A stretch of 58,602 bases of DNA, from contig JAJCXQ010000425.1 in assembly GCA_029263355.1 (NCBI GenBank), positions 1-58,602 of the forward strand, given 5' to 3'. Shown here piece by piece: positions 1-9,057 of this stretch. A program made the position numbers and the translations under genes. Position 1 is the stretch's first letter. Each line of letters opens with the position of its first letter. Under the pieces are notes generated by a model, which saw only the letters and a list, made by a program, of their open reading frames with translations, was not told where the DNA came from and ran no database searches. The stretch comes from Acidobacteriota bacterium (GTDB lineage Bacteria; Acidobacteriota; Thermoanaerobaculia; Multivoradales; J023).

Positions 1-618
1 CGACTCGACGGCCACAGTGTCGGTTTCCTGGCCAACAATCCGCGCTCTAGTGTTGGCGCCATGGGACCGGGAGCTTGCGAAAAGGCGACCGCCTTCATCT
101 GTCTCTGCGACGCGTTCCACATCCCATTGGTCTTCCTCCACGACACTCCGGGCTTCTTCGTCAGCAAACTCGCCGAGCAAGGCAAGATGCCACTGCGCAT
201 CATGACCTTTCTCGAGGCTTTACATCACAGCACCGTTCCCCGGGTTTCGGTCATCGTTCGCAAGTCCTACGGCATGGCGCACTGCAACATGGTTGGGGCC
301 CACATGGGAGCCGACGCCCTGTTGTCGTGGCCGATCGGTGAAGTCTCCTTCATGTCGCCGGCGGTGGCGGTCAACGTCGTCCACGGTCGTAAGCTGCAAG
401 AGGTCGAAGATCCCGACGCTGCCCGTCAGCAGCTGATTACCCACATGCAGAGCCAGAACGCGCCTTGGGAGGCCGCTGGACTCAACCTGATCGACGACGT
501 GATCGATCCCCGCGACACACGTATCGAGCTGATCAAAGCTTTGCGGCGCGCTCGCGGCCCGGCCGGGGACGGCGGTCGCAGTCGTCGGCTGCTGGCCAGT
601 TGGCCGACCATGTTCTGA
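1..618 (+). CDS. Acyl-CoA carboxylase carboxyltransferase (beta) subunit, C-terminal part; 5' truncated by window
   Basis: Frame open from base 1 (RLDGHSVGFLANNP...). Motifs LCDAFHIPLVFLHDTPGF, RKSYGMA and IDDVIDPRDTR are typical of the carboxyl transferase family. Confidence 0.9.
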   Translation, partial: RLDGHSVGFLANNPRSSVGAMGPGACEKATAFICLCDAFHIPLVFLHDTPGFFVSKLAEQGKMPLRIMTFLEALHHSTVPRVSVIVRKSYGMAHCNMVGAHMGADALLSWPIGEVSFMSPAVAVNVVHGRKLQEVEDPDAARQQLITHMQSQNAPWEAAGLNLIDDVIDPRDTRIELIKALRRARGPAGDGGRSRRLLASWPTMF

Positions 619-734
619 CAGGACGTCCGTCGAGACTCCACTGAGGGTCGCCTAGTCCGACGCTCTCTTGCCCCGAAACAGGCCGTACCGAACATTCTTT
701 TGTATGGTGACCCTCAACGACCGTTTAAATTCGG

Positions 735-758
735 CTTACCTGCCGGCCGGCAGGTAAG
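735..758. promoter_or_regulatory. Perfect 24-bp palindrome upstream of the leu leader (operator or hairpin, function unknown)
   Basis: CTTACCTGCCGG|CCGGCAGGTAAG is its own reverse complement. Confidence 0.5.
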
Positions 759-864
759 ATGCGCGAATCATTCGGTGGACTTGGTCCGGTCACGGGCATA
801 GTCTTTGTTCACGCTTGGAGCCCCACGTTGGAGCGCCCCGTTGGAGTCCTGTGAGTCCTGTGAT

Positions 865-1083
865 TTGAACATCGAGAACATCGTCAAACAGCACGTCGCT
901 ATCAAGAGTGCCACCGAGCAGCATCCATCGGGTGCGGTGTTGGGTCGTGGTGTATCTAACGCCCGGCGGGTTGAGCTTGGGCGGCTTGCACCTAGCCGTC
1001 TTGTAGTTAGCAGCCTCGCTCTTATCAGCCTCAGTCTTGGCAGCCTGGTTCTTATGGTCATTTGCAACCCAGGGGCAACGTAG
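865..1083 (+). CDS. Putative leu operon leader peptide (start uncertain: TTG 805, TTG 865, GTG 937 or TTG 940)
   Basis: Nine Leu codons (6 CTT) lie in 976-1053, including three 15-nt S-L-x-L-x units. The stop at 1081-1083 lies just before an intrinsic terminator and leuA. Confidence 0.75.
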   Translation: MNIENIVKQHVAIKSATEQHPSGAVLGRGVSNARRVELGRLAPSRLVVSSLALISLSLGSLVLMVICNPGAT

Positions 1084-1114
1084 CGCGCTCAGTTTGAATA
1101 CGAGCAAAGTCACG

Positions 1115-1144
1115 AAGCCCCCGGTCAACCGCCGGGGGCTTTTT
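1115..1144 (+). terminator. leu attenuator terminator
   Basis: Stem AAGCCCCCGG (1115-1124) / CCGGGGGCTT (1132-1141) with a U-run. CCAGGGGC (1069-1076) in the leader 3' end can pair with the 5' arm as an antiterminator. Confidence 0.85.
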
Positions 1145-1175
1145 CATTATGGTCAACTGGAAAACGAGGAAAACC

Positions 1176-2972
1176 ATGGTTCGAGATAGAACCGATCCCT
1201 ATGTCCGAGTCTTCGATACGACGCTGCGCGACGGTGAACAATCTCCCGGCGCCAGCCTCACCAGTGACGAGAAGCTGATCCTTGCTCGCCGTATTGCAGC
1301 CCTCGGGGTGGATGTGATCGAAGCAGGTTTTCCAGCTGCCAGTCCGGATGATCTGGCAGCGGTGCAGGGCATCGCGGAGCAGGTAGGATCGACCACCGGG
1401 CCGATCATTGCCGGCTTGGCCCGAGCCTGTCGTGGTGACATCGAATGCGCTTGGGAAGCAGTGAGACTGGCCCACCGGCCCCGTATTCACACCATCATCG
1501 CAACCTCCGACCTGCACATGGAGTGTAAGCTGGGGTTGAGTCGCGACCAGGTGATCGATCGTGTCCGTGAGATGGTGGGTTTTGCCCGCAGTCTCTGTGA
1601 TGACGTCCAGTTCAGTCCGGAAGACGCCACCCGGTCGGACCCCGGATTTCTTTTGCAAGTCGCCAAGATAGCGATCGAAGCCGGAGCGACAACCCTGAAC
1701 ATTCCGGATACTGTGGGTTACGCCTTGCCGAACGAGTATGGGGCGCTGCTGGCGCGGTTGATTCAAGAGACGGAGGACGCAGGTATCGTGTGGTCCGCCC
1801 ACTGTCATGACGATCTCGGGTTGGCGACCGCCAACGCGCTCGCCGGACTCGAAGCCGGGGCGCGGCAGGTCGAGGTTACGGTCAACGGCATCGGTGAGCG
1901 GGCCGGGAACACCAGCCTGGAAGAGATCGTGATGGCGCTCGTGACCCGTCGCCCCGAGCTCGGTTTGGAGACCGGCGTCGAGACCCGGCAGCTCACCCCG
2001 ATCAGCCGAATGGTGAGCCGCTTCACCGGCTTCTCCGTGGCGCCCAACAAGGCGGTGGTCGGACGTAATGCCTTCGCCCACGAGGCAGGCATTCATCAGG
2101 ACGGCATGTTGAAGGACGAACGGACCTACGAGATCATGACACCGGAGTCGGTGGGCCTGGAGCGTAGCGAACTGGTGCTGGGTAAACACAGTGGCCGCCA
2201 TGCGTTCCGCGCACGCTTGAGTGAGCTCGGCGTTGAGCTCGATGAGGCGAAACTCGTCGAGGCCTTCCGTCACTTCAAAGAGTTGGCGGATCGCAAGAAG
2301 ACGATCACCGATGCCGATCTCATGGCCTTGACCCGGGCCGAAGTTGGAGTTTCCGAAGAGCACTTTCGGCTCGGCCATCTGCAAGTGGTTTGCGGCTCTC
2401 CGGCCGCCACCACCGCCACCGTGAGGCTGATCGGCCGACGGGGTAACGAACGGGTGGGGGCCGCCGTCGGCTCGGGCTCGGTGGATGCGGTCTTCAGGGC
2501 GATCCAGAAGATCACCGAGGCCCCCAACGAGCTGATCGATTTTAGGATCCGCAACGTCACCGCTGGTATCGACGCCCTCGGCGAGGTGTCGGTTCGGATC
2601 TTGCCCGGTAGCCAAGAACGCAATGGCAATGGTGCGGTTCATTTATCCAACAATGGCCATGCTTCCAACAACGGTCATGCGTCCAACAACGGTTACGCGG
2701 CCAAGAGTGGCTCGGTGTCCAATAACGGCCACAGTGAGGTGGCCACCTTCGCCGGCTACGGTGCGGACACCGATGTCATCGTCGCCAGCGCCAAAGCCTA
2801 TTTGGCAGCGATCAACAGGATGTTGACCGCGGCCTCAGCGTCCAACGTCACTTCCCCGGCTGCAAGTGTCGAGTCGTCATCATCTGCCACGCCGCAGCTG
2901 ATCACTTATCCTCCCTACGAGCCCTTTGCCGAAGAGCCCTTCGATTCCGACTACACTGTCGGCATTCCGTGA
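1176..2972 (+). CDS. leuA: 2-isopropylmalate synthase
   Basis: Motifs FDTTLRDGEQSPG, HCHDDLGLA, NGIGERAGN, AFAHEAGIHQDG and LGKHSGR; C-terminal regulatory domain; GAGGA SD before ATG 1176. Confidence 0.97.
   Translation: MVRDRTDPYVRVFDTTLRDGEQSPGASLTSDEKLILARRIAALGVDVIEAGFPAASPDDLAAVQGIAEQVGSTTGPIIAGLARACRGDIECAWEAVRLAHRPRIHTIIATSDLHMECKLGLSRDQVIDRVREMVGFARSLCDDVQFSPEDATRSDPGFLLQVAKIAIEAGATTLNIPDTVGYALPNEYGALLARLIQETEDAGIVWSAHCHDDLGLATANALAGLEAGARQVEVTVNGIGERAGNTSLEEIVMALVTRRPELGLETGVETRQLTPISRMVSRFTGFSVAPNKAVVGRNAFAHEAGIHQDGMLKDERTYEIMTPESVGLERSELVLGKHSGRHAFRARLSELGVELDEAKLVEAFRHFKELADRKKTITDADLMALTRAEVGVSEEHFRLGHLQVVCGSPAATTATVRLIGRRGNERVGAAVGSGSVDAVFRAIQKITEAPNELIDFRIRNVTAGIDALGEVSVRILPGSQERNGNGAVHLSNNGHASNNGHASNNGYAAKSGSVSNNGHSEVATFAGYGADTDVIVASAKAYLAAINRMLTAASASNVTSPAASVESSSSATPQLITYPPYEPFAEEPFDSDYTVGIP
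2646..2735 (+). repeat. 18-nt tandem repeat encoding SNNGHA units inside the LeuA regulatory domain
   Basis: TCCAACAATGGCCATGCT / TCCAACAACGGTCATGCG / TCCAACAACGGTTACGCG / degenerate unit / TCCAATAACGGCCACAGT. Confidence 0.9.
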
Positions 2973-3004
2973 CGGGTACCCTTGGCACCGCGTGAGATCT
3001 AGTA

Positions 3005-4456
3005 ATGATGCCAGAACCCGATCCAATGTTGGATGATGCGGCGGCCGCACCGTCGACGCTATTTGACAAGATATGGCGCCGACACCTGGTGACCGAGCCG
3101 GCAGAGGCGGGGATACCGTCGACGCTTTACGTCGATCTGCATCTCCTGCACGAGGTGACCTCCCCCCAGGCGTTCGCCGAACTCGAGCGTCGCGGCCTCG
3201 AAGTGCGCTGCCCGGGCCGTGCCGTCGCCACCATGGACCATTCGACGCCAACGCTGCCCGGAGTCGGTCGCAGCGGGCTGCGGGTGATCGATCCCCGTGG
3301 CGCCGATCAGCTCGACCGGCTCGAGACCAACTGTACGCGTCATGGTATTCCTCTCTTCGCCCTTGGCGACGAGCGCCAAGGGATTGTCCATGTCATCGGT
3401 CCGGAGCTCGGACTGACCCAGCCCGGAATGACCATAGTCTGTGGGGATAGTCACACCAGCACCCATGGCGCCTTTGGCGCTTTGGCCTTCGGTATCGGCA
3501 GCAGTGAGGTGACCCATGTGTTGGCCACCCAATGTCTGCTCCAGCAACGTCCTCGGACCCTCGAGGTTCACGTCGAGGGCAGCTTGCAGAAGGGGGCGAC
3601 GGCCAAGGATCTGATCCTGAGTATCATCGGCCAAACCGGAATCGACGGCGGCGCCGGTCATGTCATTGAGTACACCGGTCAGGCGATCCGTGATCTCGAT
3701 ATGGAAGGTCGGATGACAGTGTGCAACATGTCGATCGAGGCAGGAGCGCGGGCCGGCCTCATCGCGCCGGACGAGACTACGTTTGCCTATTTGGACGGGC
3801 GATCCTACGCACCGCAGGCCTGGGAGGAAGCGATCGACAGTTGGCGGGCGCTGCACACCGATCCGGGAGCTGTCTTCGATCGTCGGATCGTCCTGGACGC
3901 GTCGGCCATCGAGCCGATGATCACCTGGGGGACAAATCCTGGCATGTCGATGCCGGTGTCGGGCACCGTGCCGTTGGCGTCGAGTTTTGATCCCAAGAGC
4001 CTTCCAACGGTGGAGAAGGCCTGGGACTACATGGCGGTTCAGCCTGGCGAGGCACTGCTCGGGCGTGCCGTTGATGTGGTATTCGTCGGCAGCTGTACTA
4101 ACTCCCGGCTCAGTGATCTCGAGGCTGCCGCCCGCCTCCTGCAGGGGCGTCAAGTGGCAGCGGGGGTGGAGATGCTGGTGGTGCCAGGGTCACAGGCGGT
4201 GCGTCGGCAGGCCGAAGAACGGGGGCTACACGAGGTTTTTCTGGCTGCCGGAGCCCAGTGGCGCGAGGCCGGCTGCTCAATGTGCCTGGCGATGAACGGT
4301 GACCGGTTGGCTCCCGGCCAGCTTGCCGTCAGCACCACCAATCGCAACTTCGAAGGACGCCAGGGGGCTGGCGGTCGCACCATCCTGGCGAGTCCCCTGA
4401 CCGCCGCTGCCAGTGCAGTGGCGGGACACGTCGCCGACCCTCGGGAGATGCTGTAA
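3005..4456 (+). CDS. leuC: 3-isopropylmalate dehydratase large subunit
   Basis: Motifs [39 protein letters not shown] and [12 protein letters not shown]. Confidence 0.97.
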   Translation: MMPEPDPMLDDAAAAPSTLFDKIWRRHLVTEPAEAGIPSTLYVDLHLLHEVTSPQAFAELERRGLEVRCPGRAVATMDHSTPTLPGVGRSGLRVIDPRGADQLDRLETNCTRHGIPLFALGDERQGIVHVIGPELGLTQPGMTIVCGDSHTSTHGAFGALAFGIGSSEVTHVLATQCLLQQRPRTLEVHVEGSLQKGATAKDLILSIIGQTGIDGGAGHVIEYTGQAIRDLDMEGRMTVCNMSIEAGARAGLIAPDETTFAYLDGRSYAPQAWEEAIDSWRALHTDPGAVFDRRIVLDASAIEPMITWGTNPGMSMPVSGTVPLASSFDPKSLPTVEKAWDYMAVQPGEALLGRAVDVVFVGSCTNSRLSDLEAAARLLQGRQVAAGVEMLVVPGSQAVRRQAEERGLHEVFLAAGAQWREAGCSMCLAMNGDRLAPGQLAVSTTNRNFEGRQGAGGRTILASPLTAAASAVAGHVADPREML

Positions 4457-5085
4457 TGTCTGAGAAGACGGTAATGGCCCCTCGTTTCCAATCGTTGCGC
4501 AGTCGTGTGGTGCCGTTGTTGATCGATGACGTCGATACCGACCAGATCATACCCGCCGATTATCTCAAGGTGATCGGCCGCGAGGGTTTGGCCGATGGAC
4601 TGTTCGCCGAGTGGCGACGCGATCCGGAGTGTGTGCTCCATCGCGAGGTGTTCCGCGGTGCTCGAGTCTTGTTGGCGGGCGAGAACTTCGGTTGTGGCAG
4701 CTCCCGCGAGCACGCACCGTGGGCACTGCTGGATTACGGCTTCCGTGCTGTCTTGAGCCCGTCCTTTGCCGACATCTTCCGCATCAATGCCTTGCGTAAT
4801 GGCCTGCTGACAGTGGCGATCGAACGGCCATTGCAGCGCCAGCTGGTTGAGCTCGTCGAGCAAGATCCAGAGTCAGAGATCGCGATCGATCTCGAGACCT
4901 CGACGCTGACCCTACCGGACGGCGTAAAGATCCGTTTCGACATCGATCCTTTCGCGCGTCGATGCCTGCTCGAAGGCATCGATCAACTGGGTTATCTATT
5001 GCGTCAGGATTCGCAGATCGCCGAGTACGAGTCGCACCACCCACCGTGGACCGACACCCGGCAACCGGAGGTAGAGGCCTCATGA
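4456..5085 (+). CDS. leuD: 3-isopropylmalate dehydratase small subunit
   Basis: Motifs DVDTDQIIP, NFGCGSSREHAPWAL and SFADIF; TAATG coupling with leuC. Confidence 0.97.
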   Translation: MSEKTVMAPRFQSLRSRVVPLLIDDVDTDQIIPADYLKVIGREGLADGLFAEWRRDPECVLHREVFRGARVLLAGENFGCGSSREHAPWALLDYGFRAVLSPSFADIFRINALRNGLLTVAIERPLQRQLVELVEQDPESEIAIDLETSTLTLPDGVKIRFDIDPFARRCLLEGIDQLGYLLRQDSQIAEYESHHPPWTDTRQPEVEAS

Positions 5086-6263
5086 GCCGATTTCGCATTG
5101 TGCTGCTGCCGGGGGATGGCATCGGTCCCGAGGTGATTGCGGCCGCCCACCGAGTGCTGGAGACGGTGGCTGGGGCTGCCGATTTTGATCTCGAGTTGGT
5201 CGAGGCGGCGATCGGCGGCAACGCCATCGACACCGTCGGCGACCCGCTGCCGCCAGCGACTTTACGGCTGTGTGAAGAGAGTGATGCCATGTTGCTCGGC
5301 GCGGTCGGTGGCCCGCAGTGGTCTTCGTTGCCGGCCGCAGACCGCCCCGAGGCCGGGCTGCTGCGCCTGCGTAAGCACTTCGAATTATTTGCCAACCTGC
5401 GGCCGGTGACGGTGTTGCCAGAGTTGGCGGCGGCGGCTCCTCTGAAACCCGAGTTGCTGCGTGATGTTGATCTGTTATTCGTCCGCGAGCTCACCGGTGG
5501 CATCTACTTCGGCCCACGTCGTGAGCAGGGTGACGGTGATGACGCTTTCGACAACGCTTTTGACACAATGGTCTATTCAGTTGCCGAGGTGGAGCGGGTG
5601 GCCCATGTCGCCTTTCAAGCTGCCCGTCGTCGATCCGGCAAAGTCACTTCCGTCGACAAAGCCAATGTGTTGGCGTCGATGCGGCTGTGGCGGCGCACCG
5701 TTGATCAGGTTGCGGAGCAGTATCCCGACGTCACGTTGCAGCATATCTTGGTGGACAATTGCGCGATGCAATTGGTTCGCGAACCGGCAGCGTTCGACGT
5801 TTTGCTGACGCCCAACCTCTTCGGTGACGTGTTGAGTGACGAAGCCTCGGTGCTCGCCGGCTCCCTCGGAACGTTACCGTCGGCGTCGCTCGGCGATGGG
5901 TCCCGGGGGCTGTACGAACCGGTCCATGGCTCGGCCCCCGACATCGCGGGTGCTGGCATCGCCAACCCCCTTGGCGCCATCCTGAGCGCGGCCCTGTTGT
6001 TACGCTACAGCCTCGATCGTGAGGCCGAGGCGCGGAGCATCGAATCCGCGGTCGCAGCGGCCCTCGCCGCCGGCTATCGCACCGCGGATCTCGCTGGGGT
6101 CGACGATGTCGCCGTCTCCACCGACGAGCTCACCGAGTTGATCATCCATCACGTCGCAGCGATCACGTCTCCGGCCTCACAGTCAAGCCAAGATACAGCC
6201 AAGCTAAGATACAACACTGAGCATTTTGCTCGCGGAGTTGGCCATGAAGAAACCACTCGATGA
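5082..6263 (+). CDS. leuB: 3-isopropylmalate dehydrogenase
   Basis: Motifs LPGDGIGPEV, RELTGGIYFG, VDKANVL, NLFGDVLSD and EPVHGSAPDIAG; ATGA overlap with leuD. Confidence 0.97.
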   Translation: MSRFRIVLLPGDGIGPEVIAAAHRVLETVAGAADFDLELVEAAIGGNAIDTVGDPLPPATLRLCEESDAMLLGAVGGPQWSSLPAADRPEAGLLRLRKHFELFANLRPVTVLPELAAAAPLKPELLRDVDLLFVRELTGGIYFGPRREQGDGDDAFDNAFDTMVYSVAEVERVAHVAFQAARRRSGKVTSVDKANVLASMRLWRRTVDQVAEQYPDVTLQHILVDNCAMQLVREPAAFDVLLTPNLFGDVLSDEASVLAGSLGTLPSASLGDGSRGLYEPVHGSAPDIAGAGIANPLGAILSAALLLRYSLDREAEARSIESAVAAALAAGYRTADLAGVDDVAVSTDELTELIIHHVAAITSPASQSSQDTAKLRYNTEHFARGVGHEETTR

Positions 6264-6780
6264 TATCGACTACAAGATCGTTAGGGCATTACAAGAAAAC
6301 GCCAGGCTTTCCAACAAGGAGCTGGCTGCCAAAGTGCACCTTTCGCCATCGAGCTGTTTGGAGCGTGCGCGGCGGCTGAAGGATTCGGGGGTGCTCGAAA
6401 AGTTTTGCGCGACGGTAGATCCGAAAGCTGTTGGTATCGGATTCCAAGCGATCATTTCGGCCAAACTCAACGGCCATACCAAGGAAAACTACGAGACTTT
6501 TCGGGAGCATGCCCTCGGCTGCGAAGAGGTTGTGACGCTCTTTCACGTCACCGGCGCCAACGATTTCCTGATCCATGTGGCGGTTCGCGATGCCGAGCAC
6601 CTCAGGCAATTGATCCTAGAAGTCCTCTCGGCTCGGGCGGAAATTGAACAACTCGAGACCTCGATGATTCTCGAAGAGACTCGCCGTCCCTTGCCGATAT
6701 TTTCGAGCTCTGAGCCCCGTCCTCAACCTGTCGCTTTATCAGATTCGAAAGTGCGGGCATTTAAGACGCGGCTACGGTGA
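6244..6780 (+). CDS. Lrp/AsnC family transcriptional regulator
   Basis: N-terminal HTH (LDDIDYKIVRALQENARLSNKELA...LSPSSCLERARRL) and a RAM domain (HVTGANDFLIHV); overlaps the leuB 3' end. Confidence 0.93.
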   Translation: MKKPLDDIDYKIVRALQENARLSNKELAAKVHLSPSSCLERARRLKDSGVLEKFCATVDPKAVGIGFQAIISAKLNGHTKENYETFREHALGCEEVVTLFHVTGANDFLIHVAVRDAEHLRQLILEVLSARAEIEQLETSMILEETRRPLPIFSSSEPRPQPVALSDSKVRAFKTRLR

Positions 6781-7011
6781 ACGTGTTGCGATGACCGTGC
6801 TGAGATGGACGTGTCGAGATGGTGTTCTTTGGGAAAATATTGAGTGGACATTCGATAGAGACCGCGGCAGATGTTCGGTTCGTCAGATGTGAGGTAGCTT
6901 TAATCCGATGTTAATTCGATGGACTTCGTAGGTTCATCGAATTATGATTTGATCATTGATGGCGAAGATTTTAGCTGCGAACAGTCTTCGGTGATGAACA
7001 AGATCTGAAAG

Positions 7012-7221
7012 ATGACTGCAATGACAGATACTGAAAGAAACTTCCAGGCCAGTCTTCGAGCTACCTCTGTGGCGCAAGCTTCACGTGCTGCGTTAGAGAC
7101 TTCGGCTGCCTTGGGGCACCGGTCTGTGAGATCTCGGGAGGCCGGTGTTGACGCTCTCGTCGTGTCACTTGTCATTATTCTCGTTGTTGTCCTTATTGGA
7201 GATGCGCGAGTCGTCTTCTGA
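7012..7221 (+). CDS. Putative ilv operon leader peptide (ATG 7012/7021; shorter GTG 7126 start possible)
   Basis: LVVSLVIILVVVLI at 7156-7197: 13 of 14 codons are Leu, Ile or Val. A terminator and ilvD follow directly. Confidence 0.85.
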   Translation: MTAMTDTERNFQASLRATSVAQASRAALETSAALGHRSVRSREAGVDALVVSLVIILVVVLIGDARVVF

Positions 7222-7244
7222 ATGCGCCGAGAGCGCGAAGAGAA

Positions 7245-7281
7245 GACGGCCCGCAACGCAAGTTGCGGGCCGTTTGTCTTT
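7245..7281 (+). terminator. ilv attenuator terminator
   Basis: GACGGCCCGCAAC-GCAA-GTTGCGGGCCGTT, a 13-bp stem with a GNRA loop and U-rich tail. GTCGTCTTCT (7210-7219) pairs with AGAAGACGGC (7241-7250) as an antiterminator. Confidence 0.9.
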
Positions 7282-7367
7282 GTGAATATTACATCTGTGT
7301 TCGTGACAGAAATGTTAATGGAGAATTTTGTTGGAGATCCGTTTTGAAAAGTTGTCCGAGGTAAATC

Positions 7368-9056
7368 ATGAAGAGTCACACCATCAACAAGGGGCCGGCA
7401 CGTGCTCCGGCCCGCTCTATGTTGCGAGCGGTGGGTTTCACCGACGGCGACTTCGATCGGCCGATGATCGCGGTTGCCAATACTTGGTCCGAAGTCACTC
7501 CATGTAACCTCCACCTTCGGGGTTTGGCAGAGCGGGTCAAACGGGGGATTCGCGAGTCGGGGGGCGTACCCTTGGAGTTCAACACCATCGTGGTGTCCGA
7601 CGGTATTTCAATGGGCACCGATGGCATGCGGGCTTCCTTGGTCAGCCGGGAGACCATCGCGGATTCGATCGAATTGGTAGTCCTTGGGCACAGCTTCGAC
7701 GGCGTCGTGGCGTTGTCTGGTTGTGACAAAACGGTGGCCGGCACCCTGCAGGCGTTGGCTCGTTTGGACTTACCGTCGGTCATGCTCTACGGTGGCTCGA
7801 TCGCACCGGGGCTGCAACGTGGGCACGCGATCACCATCCAGGATGTTTTCGAAGCCGTCGGTCGAGAGGCGCGGGGTGAAATCGACGGCGCCGAGCTCAC
7901 GGCGATCGAGCGTGCGGCTTGTCCGGCGGCTGGCGCCTGTGGCGGACAGTTCACCGCCAACAGCATGGCGACTGCGGCGGTCTTCTTGGGACTCTCGCCG
8001 ATGACCAATGGGCTGCCGGCCCTCGACCCGGCGCGGCCACGGGCAGCCCACGATTGCGGAGCCTTGATCATGCAAGCGACCCGTGGCGGGCTATCGTCGC
8101 ATCAGCTCATTACCCGGGAGTCGCTCGAGAACGCGACGGCGGCGGTGGTGTTGACTGGCGGTTCAACCAATGTGGTTCTGCACTTGATCGCTATCGCTCG
8201 CGAGGCCGGTATCAACTTTGGCCTCGAAGACATAGGCAGGATCAGTCGGTCGCTGCCGGTGTTGGCGGACCTCAAACCGCTTGGTCAGTACACTGCGATG
8301 GATCTCCACACGGCAGGCGGTTATCGGCTGGTGGCGCGTCGCCTTGCTGAGCTCGGCCGGCTCCACGACACGCCGACGATCACCGGCGAAACGCTGACGC
8401 AGATCGCTGAGCAAGCGATCGAGACCGAGGGTCAGTGCGTCCTACGTTCACCGTCCCGTCCACTACATCGTCGAGGCCACCTCGAGATCTTACGCGGCTC
8501 GTTAGCCCCCGAAGGCTGTGTGCTCAAGATACCGGACGACGAGCTGACCGTTTTCGCCGGCCCGGCTCGGGTCTTCGACAGTGAAGACGACTGTTTCCGT
8601 GCCGTCGGCGAGGGAGTTGTTCAAGCCGGAGACGTGGTGGTCATCCGATACGAGGGGCCAAGCGGCGGCCCCGGCATGCGAGAGATGCTGGCGGTGACGG
8701 CCGCTCTGGTCGGCGCCGGCCTCAGCGACTCGGTGGCGCTGGTTACCGATGGTCGTTTCTCCGGCGCTACCCACGGCATGATGATCGGCCATGTGACCCC
8801 GGAAGCGATGAACGGCGGCCCGATTGCCCTGATTCGCGATGGCGACGTGATCCGTATCGACATCGAGGAGCGACGTCTCGATGTCGACGCCGATCTGACC
8901 GCCCGTCAAGCCCAATGGTCGCCGCTGCCAGCACGCTGTACCAGCGGTGTTTTGGCGCGTTACGCCGCCACTGTCGCTTCAGCCTCTGACGGCGCCACGA
9001 CCTGTCCGCTGCCAGTGCTTCAACCAGATTCAGACCCCACACCTCATGGAGATTGA
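7368..9056 (+). CDS. ilvD: Dihydroxy-acid dehydratase
   Basis: Motifs [40 protein letters not shown] and TDGRFSGAT. Confidence 0.97.
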   Translation: MKSHTINKGPARAPARSMLRAVGFTDGDFDRPMIAVANTWSEVTPCNLHLRGLAERVKRGIRESGGVPLEFNTIVVSDGISMGTDGMRASLVSRETIADSIELVVLGHSFDGVVALSGCDKTVAGTLQALARLDLPSVMLYGGSIAPGLQRGHAITIQDVFEAVGREARGEIDGAELTAIERAACPAAGACGGQFTANSMATAAVFLGLSPMTNGLPALDPARPRAAHDCGALIMQATRGGLSSHQLITRESLENATAAVVLTGGSTNVVLHLIAIAREAGINFGLEDIGRISRSLPVLADLKPLGQYTAMDLHTAGGYRLVARRLAELGRLHDTPTITGETLTQIAEQAIETEGQCVLRSPSRPLHRRGHLEILRGSLAPEGCVLKIPDDELTVFAGPARVFDSEDDCFRAVGEGVVQAGDVVVIRYEGPSGGPGMREMLAVTAALVGAGLSDSVALVTDGRFSGATHGMMIGHVTPEAMNGGPIALIRDGDVIRIDIEERRLDVDADLTARQAQWSPLPARCTSGVLARYAATVASASDGATTCPLPVLQPDSDPTPHGD

Positions 9057-9057
9057 A

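Noticed and set aside
768-1128. Minus-strand ORFs with periodic sequence (AAKTEADKSEAAN; RLPRLRLIRARL)
   Set aside because: The periodicity is the reverse complement of the 15-nt Leu repeat in the leu leader.
1125-2642. 505-aa antisense ORF, and similar long shadow ORFs opposite leuC, the aldehyde dehydrogenase, the nucleoside hydrolase, the permease and others
   Set aside because: They mirror well-supported genes, which is expected from GC-rich codon bias, and show no recognisable motifs.
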